Shown: positions 27,452 to 35,926, numbered from the stretch's first letter. The stretch is 64,000 bases of DNA from Ruminococcus bromii (GCA_963590855.1 CAVAQT010000001.1:66364-130363); one strand, 5' to 3'. The notes: generated by a model from the letters alone, not told the origin. Numbers and translations are program-made.

Positions 27452-27481
27452 ATTATAACGCCAAAAAAAAAAAAAATACAA
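27452..27481 (-). promoter_or_regulatory. putative promoter of the LRR-dockerin gene whose spacer is a T14 tract
   Basis: Minus strand reads TTGTA-T14-GGCGT-TATAAT, i.e. a TTGTAT -35-like hexamer, 18-nt spacer and a perfect -10. Confidence 0.45.
27463..27476. repeat. A14/T14 homopolymer tract
   Basis: Counted directly: 14 consecutive A on the plus strand. Confidence 0.95.
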
Positions 27482-27527
27482 CTTTTCAGGAATTTTCTGT
27501 GAATTTTGAGAAGTTTACAAAAAAGCA

Positions 27528-27565
27528 TAAAAAAATCGACGTCACGGCAGATGTGTGACGTCGAT
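27528..27565 (-). terminator. terminator after the anti-sigma gene
   Basis: ATCGACGTCAC-n9-GTGACGTCGAT followed on the minus strand by T7. Confidence 0.75.
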
Positions 27566-27605
27566 TATCGAGATTTCATTTTTTCATTTTCCCCTGTTAT
27601 GCGCA

Positions 27606-28514
27606 TTATTTCTGCACATTGAAAACATAGTACTCATCTTCTCCGACGTACTGTATCGCCAGCTTCTGGGACGGGTCTTCGCCCACGATGCCATAGATCA
27701 GCACCGTATAGGTATCGCTCACGTCGGTGCCGTTGGTCACGCCATAGCCCAGATAGTACTGCACATCCTTGCTCGGCACTTCCACATAGGTGGTGTCATA
27801 GTGCAAACCGCCCCACGACAGCATGAAGTAGTGAAAAATGCTCTGGCGAATGGAAATGTGCGAGGTGGTAGTCTCCGCTGTGTCTGTGGTCTGTGCCGCC
27901 TGAGACGTAGTCACAGCCGTGGTCGCCGCGGTAGTCTGCTTGATTGCCGTTGTTGCGCGCGCCGTGGTGACGGGCTTCGCGGTGGTGTGCCGCTCTACCG
28001 CCGTGGTCACTGCCGGTGCAGCGGTGATCTGCGGCTGCGGTGCTTCTTCCGGCACAGCGGCTTCGGTATCCGCCAGCGTCTCCTGCACCGTTACCGAAAT
28101 GTTCACAGCAGTGGTCTCCGCAGGGACTGCCGCGACGATAGTCTGCGTCTCAGCCACGGTCTCCCGGCTTTCAGAAACGGCAGTAGTGACAGCGGCTTCC
28201 AGTGTCTGCGCCTGTGTGGTCACCGTCGGCGGAATGACCTCCAGCTGATCTGCGCCGCCCTGGGGCATTCTGCTGTACAGCGCCGCAACTGCGACGACCA
28301 CGCAGACCAATGCCGCAGTACAAGCCCCGGCACCGGTCTGCCAGCGCAAATACCACGGTCGTTTTTTCTCCATGGGTTGTTCTGCTGCGGATGCCCGGCG
28401 CATGATCTCCAGATACATCCGATTCTTTGCGTTTTCATCCGGTTGGATCTGATCCAGCGCATGGTGCAAACGGCGTTCTAAGGATTCATTTCTGCGGTTC
28501 GGCATACAGCTCAC
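27606..28514 (-). CDS. putative anti-sigma factor (single-pass membrane protein)
   Basis: Overlaps the stop of the ECF sigma gene. Short cytoplasmic N-terminus, one TM (GACTAALVCVVVAVAALY), Thr/Ala-rich extracellular region and a C-terminal globular part. Confidence 0.55.
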   Translation of the reverse strand: MSCMPNRRNESLERRLHHALDQIQPDENAKNRMYLEIMRRASAAEQPMEKKRPWYLRWQTGAGACTAALVCVVVAVAALYSRMPQGGADQLEVIPPTVTTQAQTLEAAVTTAVSESRETVAETQTIVAAVPAETTAVNISVTVQETLADTEAAVPEEAPQPQITAAPAVTTAVERHTTAKPVTTARATTAIKQTTAATTAVTTSQAAQTTDTAETTTSHISIRQSIFHYFMLSWGGLHYDTTYVEVPSKDVQYYLGYGVTNGTDVSDTYTVLIYGIVGEDPSQKLAIQYVGEDEYYVFNVQK

Positions 28515-29013
28515 CTCCCAGTTTTTTGGCTAACAGCTTTCTGCTGCGGTGCAGCAAAGAGCGGACTGTGCTTTCTTTTTTCCCCAGCATCCCGGCGATC
28601 TCTGCCCCGGAATACCCTTCATAATAATACAGATATACAACGGTCTTGTACTGATCCGGCAGGCTCATCACGGCTGACATCACGGCGGAATCTTCATCCG
28701 GCGCTTCCGTTGTCCCCAGAGCAGCTTCCCAATCGTCGATCTCCTCCCGCTTAGAACGGGACCAGTGCCGCAGCGCATTCTTGCAAAGATTGGATGCGGT
28801 CACGATCAGCCATGCCTTTGCATGGGCATCATCTGTCCAGAGCTGCGGCTGCTGCATGGCTTTCAGGAAAACCTCCTGTACCGCATCCTCCGCGTCCATC
28901 TGATTTTTCATCCGTATGTAGCAAACGCGATATACCGTATCGACATGCCGTGCATAGAACTGCGCAAAAGCTGCTTCGTCCTGCGGCACGGAATCTCCCC
29001 CTATCGTTTGCAT
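28486..29013 (-). CDS. ECF-type RNA polymerase sigma-70 factor
   Basis: 175 aa with region 2 (DAEDAVQEVFLKA, WLIVTASN) and region 4 HTH (YSGAEIAGMLGKKESTVRSLLHRSRKLL). Confidence 0.88.
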   Translation of the reverse strand: MQTIGGDSVPQDEAAFAQFYARHVDTVYRVCYIRMKNQMDAEDAVQEVFLKAMQQPQLWTDDAHAKAWLIVTASNLCKNALRHWSRSKREEIDDWEAALGTTEAPDEDSAVMSAVMSLPDQYKTVVYLYYYEGYSGAEIAGMLGKKESTVRSLLHRSRKLLAKKLGGELYAEPQK

Positions 29014-29305
29014 TCCGGCGCACCAGGTGCACCGTAATTTTCCAAAATGTATCCGCTATTTTTTTGAATACACTTTCTTTCTCCTATCATACAACATCGA
29101 TGTATCTATAATATGTATATTAAGCAAACGAGATGTAAATGTGAATACATTTTGTTTGCAGATCATTCTTTGACAGCATCCCTTTCCGGCAGCTGTCAAA
29201 TTAGAGGAAATGGAAAAACGGGAGATCCAATTCTCCCAGTTGTGCGGAAGCACTGGTGAAATCCAACCTGCCAGACCGCAGATTCCATTTCAGCAGTGTT
29301 TCCAC

Positions 29306-29402
29306 CTCATCATGAAACCGCCATACCAGGCACTGCCAGCGCCATGCGCTGTCCCTTCGCAGTGTTCCCGGGCGAGAGACGTTCCCGCTGTTTCATGATG
29401 AG
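29306..29402. other. perfect 13-bp inverted repeat enclosing 71 nt in a 735-bp gene-free gap
   Basis: CTCATCATGAAAC (29306-29318) and GTTTCATGATGAG (29390-29402). The interior contains AGCGC-cat-GCGCT and CGGG...CCCG pairings. Confidence 0.5.
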
Positions 29403-29747
29403 CAGATACACATTTCCGATCTAATCCACGCGTCCGCACATCCGGATGCGAAACGCGCATACCTTCCACGGTGTTCTTCACACCGTAAAAAATCCCTTCA
29501 CTATGGATACAATTCTGCACCCCGAAATGTTGCACCGATCCGCACATTTTTTACGATTTGTAGGATTGCACAAATCCGAGAGCAAAATCTGGTCAGGATG
29601 CACAATTTTCTGTTTCCGGCAGAGAATTGCAAAAAAGCATTCCATTTTGTCTGATTTTATGTTATAATATAAATGTATGCACTGCCTCCCGGCAGGACGG
29701 TCTGCTCAGTGCGCAGTGCAGTGAAACACGAACAAAGGTGGTTTTTC

Positions 29748-31169
29748 ATGAACAAATACAAAAAGCTGGTCTCGAACACCCTGGTTTTCGCCATTGGTTC
29801 TTTCGGTTCCAAGATCCTGCTGCTGCTGCTGACGCGGCTCTATACCGGAAACATCAATCCGGGAGACAACAGCACCAAGGAACTGCTGGAACAGACCGCA
29901 AACTTTCTGATCCCGATCATTACATTTTCCATTGCGGACGCCGTGATCCGCTACGGCATCGACAAGAACTTTGACAATCGAAAGGTATTCACCTCTGCCT
30001 GTGTCACAGAGGCGTTTGGTATCGGCATCCTGCTGCTGCTCTCGCCCCTGCTGAACTTTCTGCCCTATACCGAGGGCTATGTGGTGCTGCTGGTGATCTA
30101 CTGTATCACCTCCGGCTTCCGGCAGATCGCCTCCCAGTTCGTGCGAGCCAGAGGGTTAGTGCGGCTCTTCGCCATGGACGGCATCCTCGCCACCCTGACC
30201 CTGTTTATCTTCAACGTCACGTTTATTGCCGGCTTCCACCTGGGCGTTACGGGATTTCTGATCTCCGTGATCCTGTCCGACCTGTTGTCGGGCTTGTTCC
30301 TGTGGGGTGTTGCCGGACTGCACCGGTTCTTCCGGCTGCGGTATATGGACAAGAAGATCCTGCGGATGATGCTGCGGTTTTCCGTGCCGCTGATCCCGTC
30401 TGCCCTGCTCTGGCTGGTGACAGGCTTCTCCGACCGTCTGTTTATCCGGTACATGTCCGGGCCGACGGGACTGGTAGGTGAGACTGCCGCTGGCATCTAC
30501 GGCGTTTCCACCAAGATCCCCAATCTGATCTCCACCATCTCTACGATCTTCTTCCAGGCGTGGAATATGTCCGCCATTGAAGAAAACGACTCCAAGGATC
30601 GGAGCAGATTCTACCGCCGGGTTTTTGACGCGTATCAGTCGTTTATGTTTATTGCCAGCGCCGGACTGATCGTCTTTGTCCGCATCCTGTCCAATATCCT
30701 CATCGACTCCAACACCTATCCGGAATATGCCACTGCATTTCTGTATACGCCGGTACTGATCGTGGGCGTTCTCATGATGTGCTTCAACCAGTTCCTCAGC
30801 AGCATCTACTCTGCGACCCAGCACACCACCCACTCCTTCTGGACGAGCCTGGTGGCTGCCGTGGTCAACATCGTGCTGAACATTGTCCTGATCCACATCT
30901 GGGGCATTATGGGCGCGGCCATTGCAACCTTTGCAAGCTATTTCGTCTGCTACTGCATCCGCATCGTGGACGCGCGAAAGTATGTGCCGTTCCCGGTCAA
31001 CCACGCCAAATTCGCCGCAAACACCGCCGCGCTGTTCCTGCTGGGCATCGTCGTTGTAGAAGCGCCGCCCATGTGGATCCTGATCCTGACCGTGGGTTTT
31101 GTCTTTATGGTGCTGTACAATTTCAGCGCAGTGACCCAGACCATGGCACAGCTGAGACGGCGGAAATAA
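29748..31169 (+). CDS. MOP-superfamily polysaccharide/oligosaccharide flippase (Wzx/MurJ-like)
   Basis: Start trimmed to ATG 29748 (MNKYKKLVSNTLVFAIGSFGSKILLLLL). About 12-14 TM segments. Confidence 0.75.
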   Translation: MNKYKKLVSNTLVFAIGSFGSKILLLLLTRLYTGNINPGDNSTKELLEQTANFLIPIITFSIADAVIRYGIDKNFDNRKVFTSACVTEAFGIGILLLLSPLLNFLPYTEGYVVLLVIYCITSGFRQIASQFVRARGLVRLFAMDGILATLTLFIFNVTFIAGFHLGVTGFLISVILSDLLSGLFLWGVAGLHRFFRLRYMDKKILRMMLRFSVPLIPSALLWLVTGFSDRLFIRYMSGPTGLVGETAAGIYGVSTKIPNLISTISTIFFQAWNMSAIEENDSKDRSRFYRRVFDAYQSFMFIASAGLIVFVRILSNILIDSNTYPEYATAFLYTPVLIVGVLMMCFNQFLSSIYSATQHTTHSFWTSLVAAVVNIVLNIVLIHIWGIMGAAIATFASYFVCYCIRIVDARKYVPFPVNHAKFAANTAALFLLGIVVVEAPPMWILILTVGFVFMVLYNFSAVTQTMAQLRRRK

Positions 31170-31209
31170 CCGCACCCCAAGTTCTATCAACAGGAAAGGA
31201 TGATTCTCT

Positions 31210-31914
31210 ATGGCAACTCCACACAACGCCGCCAGCAAGGGCGATATCGCAAAGACCGTTCTCATGCCAGGCGATCCCCTGCGGGCAAAGTTTATTGCAG
31301 AAAACTTTTTGGAAAATGCAGTGTGCTACAACACCGTCCGGGGCATGTTCGGCTATACCGGCACCTATCACGGTGTCCCGGTCTCTGTCCAGGGCAGCGG
31401 CATGGGCATGCCGTCCATCGGCATTTACTCCTATGAACTGTTCCACGAATATGAAGTTGACCGCATTCTCCGCATCGGCACTGCCGGCGGCGTAGCAGAC
31501 CACGTTCGCCTGCGGGATGTCATCCTGGGACAGGCTGCCTGCACCGATTCCAACTATGCGGCTCAGTATGCGCTCCCCGGCACTTATGCCCCCATCGCCA
31601 GCTTTTCGCTGCTGGACAAGGCGTACCAGACCGCAAAGCGCCTGGATATCCCGGTACAGGTGGGAAACCTGTTTTCCACCGATGTATTTTACCGTGAGCC
31701 GAGTCCCCTGCCGCAGTGGGCGAAAATGGGCGTTCTCGCCACAGAAATGGAATCGGCTGCCCTATATATGAATGCTGCTGCCGCCGGGAAAGAAGCGCTG
31801 TGTATCGTGACGGTTTCTGACTGTCCGCTCCGGGGCGAATTCACCACCGCAGAAGAGCGGCAGACCTCTTTCACCGATATGATGCGTCTCGCACTGGAGA
31901 CTGCCTGCGCATAA
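31210..31914 (+). CDS. deoD: purine-nucleoside phosphorylase
   Basis: 234 aa, DeoD-type (TPHNAASKGDIAKTVLMPGDPLRAKFIAE, GSGMGMPS, ATEMESAALY). Confidence 0.92.
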   Translation: MATPHNAASKGDIAKTVLMPGDPLRAKFIAENFLENAVCYNTVRGMFGYTGTYHGVPVSVQGSGMGMPSIGIYSYELFHEYEVDRILRIGTAGGVADHVRLRDVILGQAACTDSNYAAQYALPGTYAPIASFSLLDKAYQTAKRLDIPVQVGNLFSTDVFYREPSPLPQWAKMGVLATEMESAALYMNAAAAGKEALCIVTVSDCPLRGEFTTAEERQTSFTDMMRLALETACA

Positions 31915-31920
31915 CCAAAA

Positions 31921-31959
31921 ACAGCCTGAGAATGGGAAAATTCTCAGGCTGTATTTTTA
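31921..31959 (+). terminator. rho-independent terminator after deoD
   Basis: ACAGCCTGAGAAT-n6-ATTCTCAGGCTGT followed by ATTTTTA. Confidence 0.75.
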
Positions 31960-31977
31960 TCAAAGGAGCATATTGTG

Positions 31978-32460
31978 ATGCAAACCCAGACTATTTTTCA
32001 CTCCCCATTGGGAGACATCCGTCTCACCGCAGAAGATGACGCACTTTTGGAAGCGGCATTTGACGTGCCGGCAACCATGCCGCAGTCCGTTACGCCGTTT
32101 CTGGAAAGTGTCTGCCGCTGGCTGGACGAATATTTCCAGGGAAAAGACCCCGGAGAGATGCCGGCGCTCTGTCCCAAGGGCACACCGTTTCAGCTGCGCA
32201 TCTGGCGGCTGGCACAGCAGATCCCTTTCGGCTATACGGCGACCTATGGCACACTGGCGCAGGAAGCCGCACGGGAGATGGGAATCCCGAAAATGTCGGC
32301 GCAGGCGGTGGGCGGCGCTATGAAGCGCAACCCCATTGCCATTTTCATTCCCTGTCACCGGGTAGTCGGAGCGAACGGCAAGCTGGGCGGCTATTTCGGG
32401 AATGACCGCAGAAAGATCGATCTGCTGACACTGGAAGGGCAGCGTGGATTTACGCGGTGA
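31978..32460 (+). CDS. ogt: methylated-DNA--protein-cysteine methyltransferase
   Basis: Active-site IPCHRVV. ATG 31978 lies 8 nt after AAAGGAG (the track ORF starts at GTG 31975). Confidence 0.9.
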   Translation: MQTQTIFHSPLGDIRLTAEDDALLEAAFDVPATMPQSVTPFLESVCRWLDEYFQGKDPGEMPALCPKGTPFQLRIWRLAQQIPFGYTATYGTLAQEAAREMGIPKMSAQAVGGAMKRNPIAIFIPCHRVVGANGKLGGYFGNDRRKIDLLTLEGQRGFTR

Positions 32461-32470
32461 TGCGCGGCGT

Positions 32471-32836
32471 GCTCGCCGCTGAGCCTTACCCCCCGATATA
32501 GCGGAGAAAAAAGGGCAGTGTTACGGCAGACAAGCTGCCTGTTCCCCCCTCCGGGGGATTTATGTTTGAAAAGACATTTGTAGGGGCGAACATTGTTCGC
32601 CCGGGACTCCTGCGTCTGTTAGCCTCCTCTTATGTTTTATGCTGCCTTTCGTGCAGCGTTTACAAGCCCAGGCGGACAGCGAGGGCAACGAGCGATTCCG
32701 CCGGACGGTTTTACGGTGTTTTCCCTGGGGCAATGTTACCGGATACGTCAAAGCATCAACGGGCGAACCATGTTCGCCCCTACAGTAATGACGCGGAGAC
32801 AAGCAACTCTCTGCCCTGTCGGGCATCTCCTGAACC
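32471..32836. repeat. mosaic multi-hairpin repeat block (shares modules with 56272-56866)
   Basis: 32478-32572 aligns with 56279-56370. GTAGGGGCGAACATTGTTCGCCC is at 32580-32602 and GGGCGAACCATGTTCGCCCCTAC at 32761-32783. CTCTGCCCTGTCGGGCATCTC is the reverse complement of 56570-56593. Confidence 0.8.
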
Positions 32837-35038
32837 TTACCCCTCATCCTCGTCGCGGTACTCCGGTTCTTCACCGAAGTCGTCCTCTTCAAACTCTTCA
32901 AAGAAAAACTCGGACAGCAGCTCTTTGGCGTCATAATTGCCGCGCCGCGCCGCCTGGTGCAGCCAGTACTGCGCCATTTCATCGTCCTGATCGACGCCGG
33001 TTCCATTCATGTAGCAATAGCCCAGCATGTACTGCGCGCCGTCATGACCGCGCTCGGCAGCCTTTTCAAACCAGTCTACTGCGTCCTCGTCATCCTCGCT
33101 GTCGTCACCCACATAATAGCATACGCCGATCATGTACTGTGCATTTTCGTTATCCTGACGCGCCGCCTTGTAAAACCATTGCAGGGCGGTTTCTTTGTCC
33201 TCTTCCTCGTCAAAATAGTAAGTACCGATGGCACACTGCGCATCTGACAGTCCCAGTGCCGCCGCACGTTCAAACCAGTCCAGGGCAGTGTCAATGTCCT
33301 CATCCACGCCCTCGCCCTCCTGATAGCATGTACCCAGGGCAAACTGCGCGTAGGCATTGTTCTGCCGTGCCGATTTTTCCAGCCAGTAGACCGCTTCTTC
33401 TGAATCCGGCTTCACGCCGCTGCCGAAGCGATAGCATGTGCCCAGCTGAAACTGCGCCTCGGCATCGCCGGCTTCTGCCGCTTCCCGAAACAGCTGTATG
33501 GCGTATTTGGCATCCTGCTTCACGCCGTTGCCGTCCAGATAGCAGATCCCCAGCTGACACTTCGAGGGAATGTCACCTTGTTCTGCGGCTTTCTGAAACC
33601 AGTACACCGCCCGGCTGTCGCCCATATCCGATGTTACTTCCTGATAGTACAGACACATGCCCAGGGCATACTGCGCGTCCCGGTGTCCCTGTTTTGCCGC
33701 TTTTTCCAGCCATTCCTGCGCCAGCTTCTCGTCCTGGGGCACACCTCTGCCGAAGTGGTAGCATGTGCCCAGCATATACTGCGCAATGGGAATCTCCTGT
33801 GCCGCGGATTTCTGATACCATTCCACTGCCTTTTCCTCGTCCAGGTCTGTCCCCAGACCGTTGAAATAGCAGTCACCCAAGTTGTATTCCGCCGCCGCAT
33901 GCCCGGAAGCTGCTGCCTGCTGAAACAGGACAAATGCCTTTTTCTGATCCTGTGCCACGCCGGTGCCGTCCATATAGCCGCGCCCAAGCATATTCACCGC
34001 TTCCGGATTGCCGGACTCCGCCGCCTTTTCAAAGAGCGCAAAGCCCTTTTCGGCATCCTCTGCCACGCCGTCTCCGGACAGATAGCAAAGCCCCAGCTGG
34101 ATCATTGCCTCTTCGCTGCCCTGCTCTGCGGCGCATTGCAGCCAGTGGGCAGCGCTCTCCTTGTCCTCTGCCAGGTACTCCCCGTTGTACAGCAGCATTC
34201 CCACGGCAAACTGCGCATCCGGCGAGCCGGCTTCTGCGCCGCGGTGCAGGTACGCATATGCCTTTTCAAAGTCCTTCTCTGTGCCGAGTCCCTGAAAATA
34301 GCAGTCGCCCAAGTGGAACAGCGCCGACGGCAGCTCCTGTGCCGCAGCCTTTTCCAGCCACAGCATGCCCTGGGGTGCATTCTGTTCCGTTCCGGTGCCG
34401 TAAATGCAGCACATGCCGGCAAAATCCTGGGCTTCTGCCAGTCCCTCTTCGGCGGCGCGGATGATCCAGGTATAGCCCTCTTCCCGGTTTTCCACAGTCC
34501 CGACACCAAAATACAGACAGCGTCCGGTCTCAAACTCCGCCCGGAGAATGCCGCTGATGGCTGCCGCCTGGATCAGCAGAAAGCCGCGTGTTTCCTCCGC
34601 AGTCCCCTCTCCCGGCAGATTCAGCAGATACATGCCGTAGAAATATTCCGCCTCGTGGTCGTGCTGTTCCACTGCCAGTTCCAGCCACTGCTTTCCGGCT
34701 TCTTCGTCCGTCTCGATCTCTTTCAGATTTCCCTGGATGCAGTAGACGCCCATGAGGAACTGCGCCTCATGGTATCCCTCCTCTGCGGACGCTTTCAGCC
34801 ACTGCACCGCCTGTGCCGTGTCTGCCTCTGTACCGATGCCGTCCCGCAGGCACATCGCCAGGACAAACTTCGCGTTGGCATAGCCACGCTCCGCCATTTT
34901 CTGAAACCAGGCGCAGCCCTCCTTTTGTGCGGCTGCATCTCCGTCCTCCACCTGTTCCAGGCGGCGGTTATAATTCTCCGGATTCATCTCGTTTTCCGGT
35001 TCTTTCTTTTTCAAGCGCTCCAAAAACGGTTTCTTCAT
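32837..35038 (-). CDS. Sel1/TPR-like repeat protein (about 733 aa)
   Basis: About 18 tandem Sel1-type repeats (A..W..KAAEQG...AQ..LG.CY..G.GV..D). No signal peptide, acidic C-terminus. Start trimmed to ATG 35038 behind AAGGGGGAG. Confidence 0.85.
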   Translation of the reverse strand: MKKPFLERLKKKEPENEMNPENYNRRLEQVEDGDAAAQKEGCAWFQKMAERGYANAKFVLAMCLRDGIGTEADTAQAVQWLKASAEEGYHEAQFLMGVYCIQGNLKEIETDEEAGKQWLELAVEQHDHEAEYFYGMYLLNLPGEGTAEETRGFLLIQAAAISGILRAEFETGRCLYFGVGTVENREEGYTWIIRAAEEGLAEAQDFAGMCCIYGTGTEQNAPQGMLWLEKAAAQELPSALFHLGDCYFQGLGTEKDFEKAYAYLHRGAEAGSPDAQFAVGMLLYNGEYLAEDKESAAHWLQCAAEQGSEEAMIQLGLCYLSGDGVAEDAEKGFALFEKAAESGNPEAVNMLGRGYMDGTGVAQDQKKAFVLFQQAAASGHAAAEYNLGDCYFNGLGTDLDEEKAVEWYQKSAAQEIPIAQYMLGTCYHFGRGVPQDEKLAQEWLEKAAKQGHRDAQYALGMCLYYQEVTSDMGDSRAVYWFQKAAEQGDIPSKCQLGICYLDGNGVKQDAKYAIQLFREAAEAGDAEAQFQLGTCYRFGSGVKPDSEEAVYWLEKSARQNNAYAQFALGTCYQEGEGVDEDIDTALDWFERAAALGLSDAQCAIGTYYFDEEEDKETALQWFYKAARQDNENAQYMIGVCYYVGDDSEDDEDAVDWFEKAAERGHDGAQYMLGYCYMNGTGVDQDDEMAQYWLHQAARRGNYDAKELLSEFFFEEFEEDDFGEEPEYRDEDEG

Positions 35039-35211
35039 GCAAACTCCCCCTTTCGTCTTGCAAAGCCTGTTTCCAACTCGTCGCATTGGTCGTGATACTT
35101 ATTATAAAGCAAAATATGTCTGGTGTCAAGTGAGTGCCGTTTTTCTCAGGGAGAACCTGCGCCTATGTCAAATTTATATGTTAATTTTTTGTAACTAGTT
35201 GAGAATGAGTA

Positions 35212-35240
35212 TTGACAAGGAAATCGCGATGTGCTATAAT
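35212..35240 (+). promoter_or_regulatory. consensus promoter of the rubrerythrin gene
   Basis: TTGACA-17 nt-TATAAT with TGc extension. Confidence 0.65.
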
Positions 35241-35300
35241 AAAGACAAGCTAAGGGAGACAAGAAAGCCCTTGCAGATTTACTTTATGGAGGTAGTTATC

Positions 35301-35849
35301 ATGAAAAAGTTTGTATGTTCTATTTGCGGTTATGTATATGAAGGCGACTCTGCTCCGGCAGCATGTCCCATCTGCGGCGCTCCCGCAGAAAAGTTCACAG
35401 AGCAGAAAGAGGACGGCATGGAGTGGGCTGACCAGCACGTTGTCGGCGTTGCAAAGGGCGTAGACGAAGAGATCGTACAGGGTCTGCGTGAGAACTTCAA
35501 CGGCGAGTGCTCTGAGGTCGGCATGTATCTGGCAATGGCTCGCGTGGCATTCCGCGAGGGCTATCCGGAGATCGGTCTGTACTGGGAAAAGGCTGCCTAT
35601 GAGGAAGCAGAGCACGCTGCAAAGTTTGCTGAAATGCTGGGCGAAGTCGTAACCGATTCCACCAAGAAGAATCTGGAAATGCGTGTTGCTGCGGAAAACG
35701 GCGCATGTGCCGGCAAGAAGGCACTGGCTGCAAAGGCAAAGCAGCTGAACCTGGATGCCATCCACGACACCGTACACGAAATGGCAAAGGACGAGGCAAG
35801 ACACGGCTGTGCATTTGCCGGCTTCCTGAAACGTTACTTCAACGATTAA
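35301..35849 (+). CDS. rbr: reverse rubrerythrin (N-terminal rubredoxin-like domain plus ferritin-like diiron domain)
   Basis: ATG 35301 after [15 protein letters not shown]...CPICG at the N-terminus, then ExxH diiron helices ([15 protein letters not shown]). Confidence 0.88.
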   Translation: MKKFVCSICGYVYEGDSAPAACPICGAPAEKFTEQKEDGMEWADQHVVGVAKGVDEEIVQGLRENFNGECSEVGMYLAMARVAFREGYPEIGLYWEKAAYEEAEHAAKFAEMLGEVVTDSTKKNLEMRVAAENGACAGKKALAAKAKQLNLDAIHDTVHEMAKDEARHGCAFAGFLKRYFND

Positions 35850-35871
35850 GCTGCTATCCCCCATCCAAATG

Positions 35872-35914
35872 AAAAGGCGGATCGTTCTGCACCGGCAGAG
35901 CGATCCGCTTTTTT
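35872..35914 (+). terminator. terminator after rubrerythrin
   Basis: GCGGATCG-n16-CGATCCGC followed by T6. Confidence 0.75.
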
Positions 35915-35926
35915 CTCCCCCATAGC

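Noticed and set aside
29290-29547. An 85-aa minus-strand ORF, and the 62-aa plus-strand ORF at 29210-29398, as genes or pseudogenes in the 735-bp gap.
   Set aside because: There is no RBS, the composition is Cys/His/Gly/Arg-rich, and I recognise no motif. A pseudogene origin cannot be excluded without blastx.
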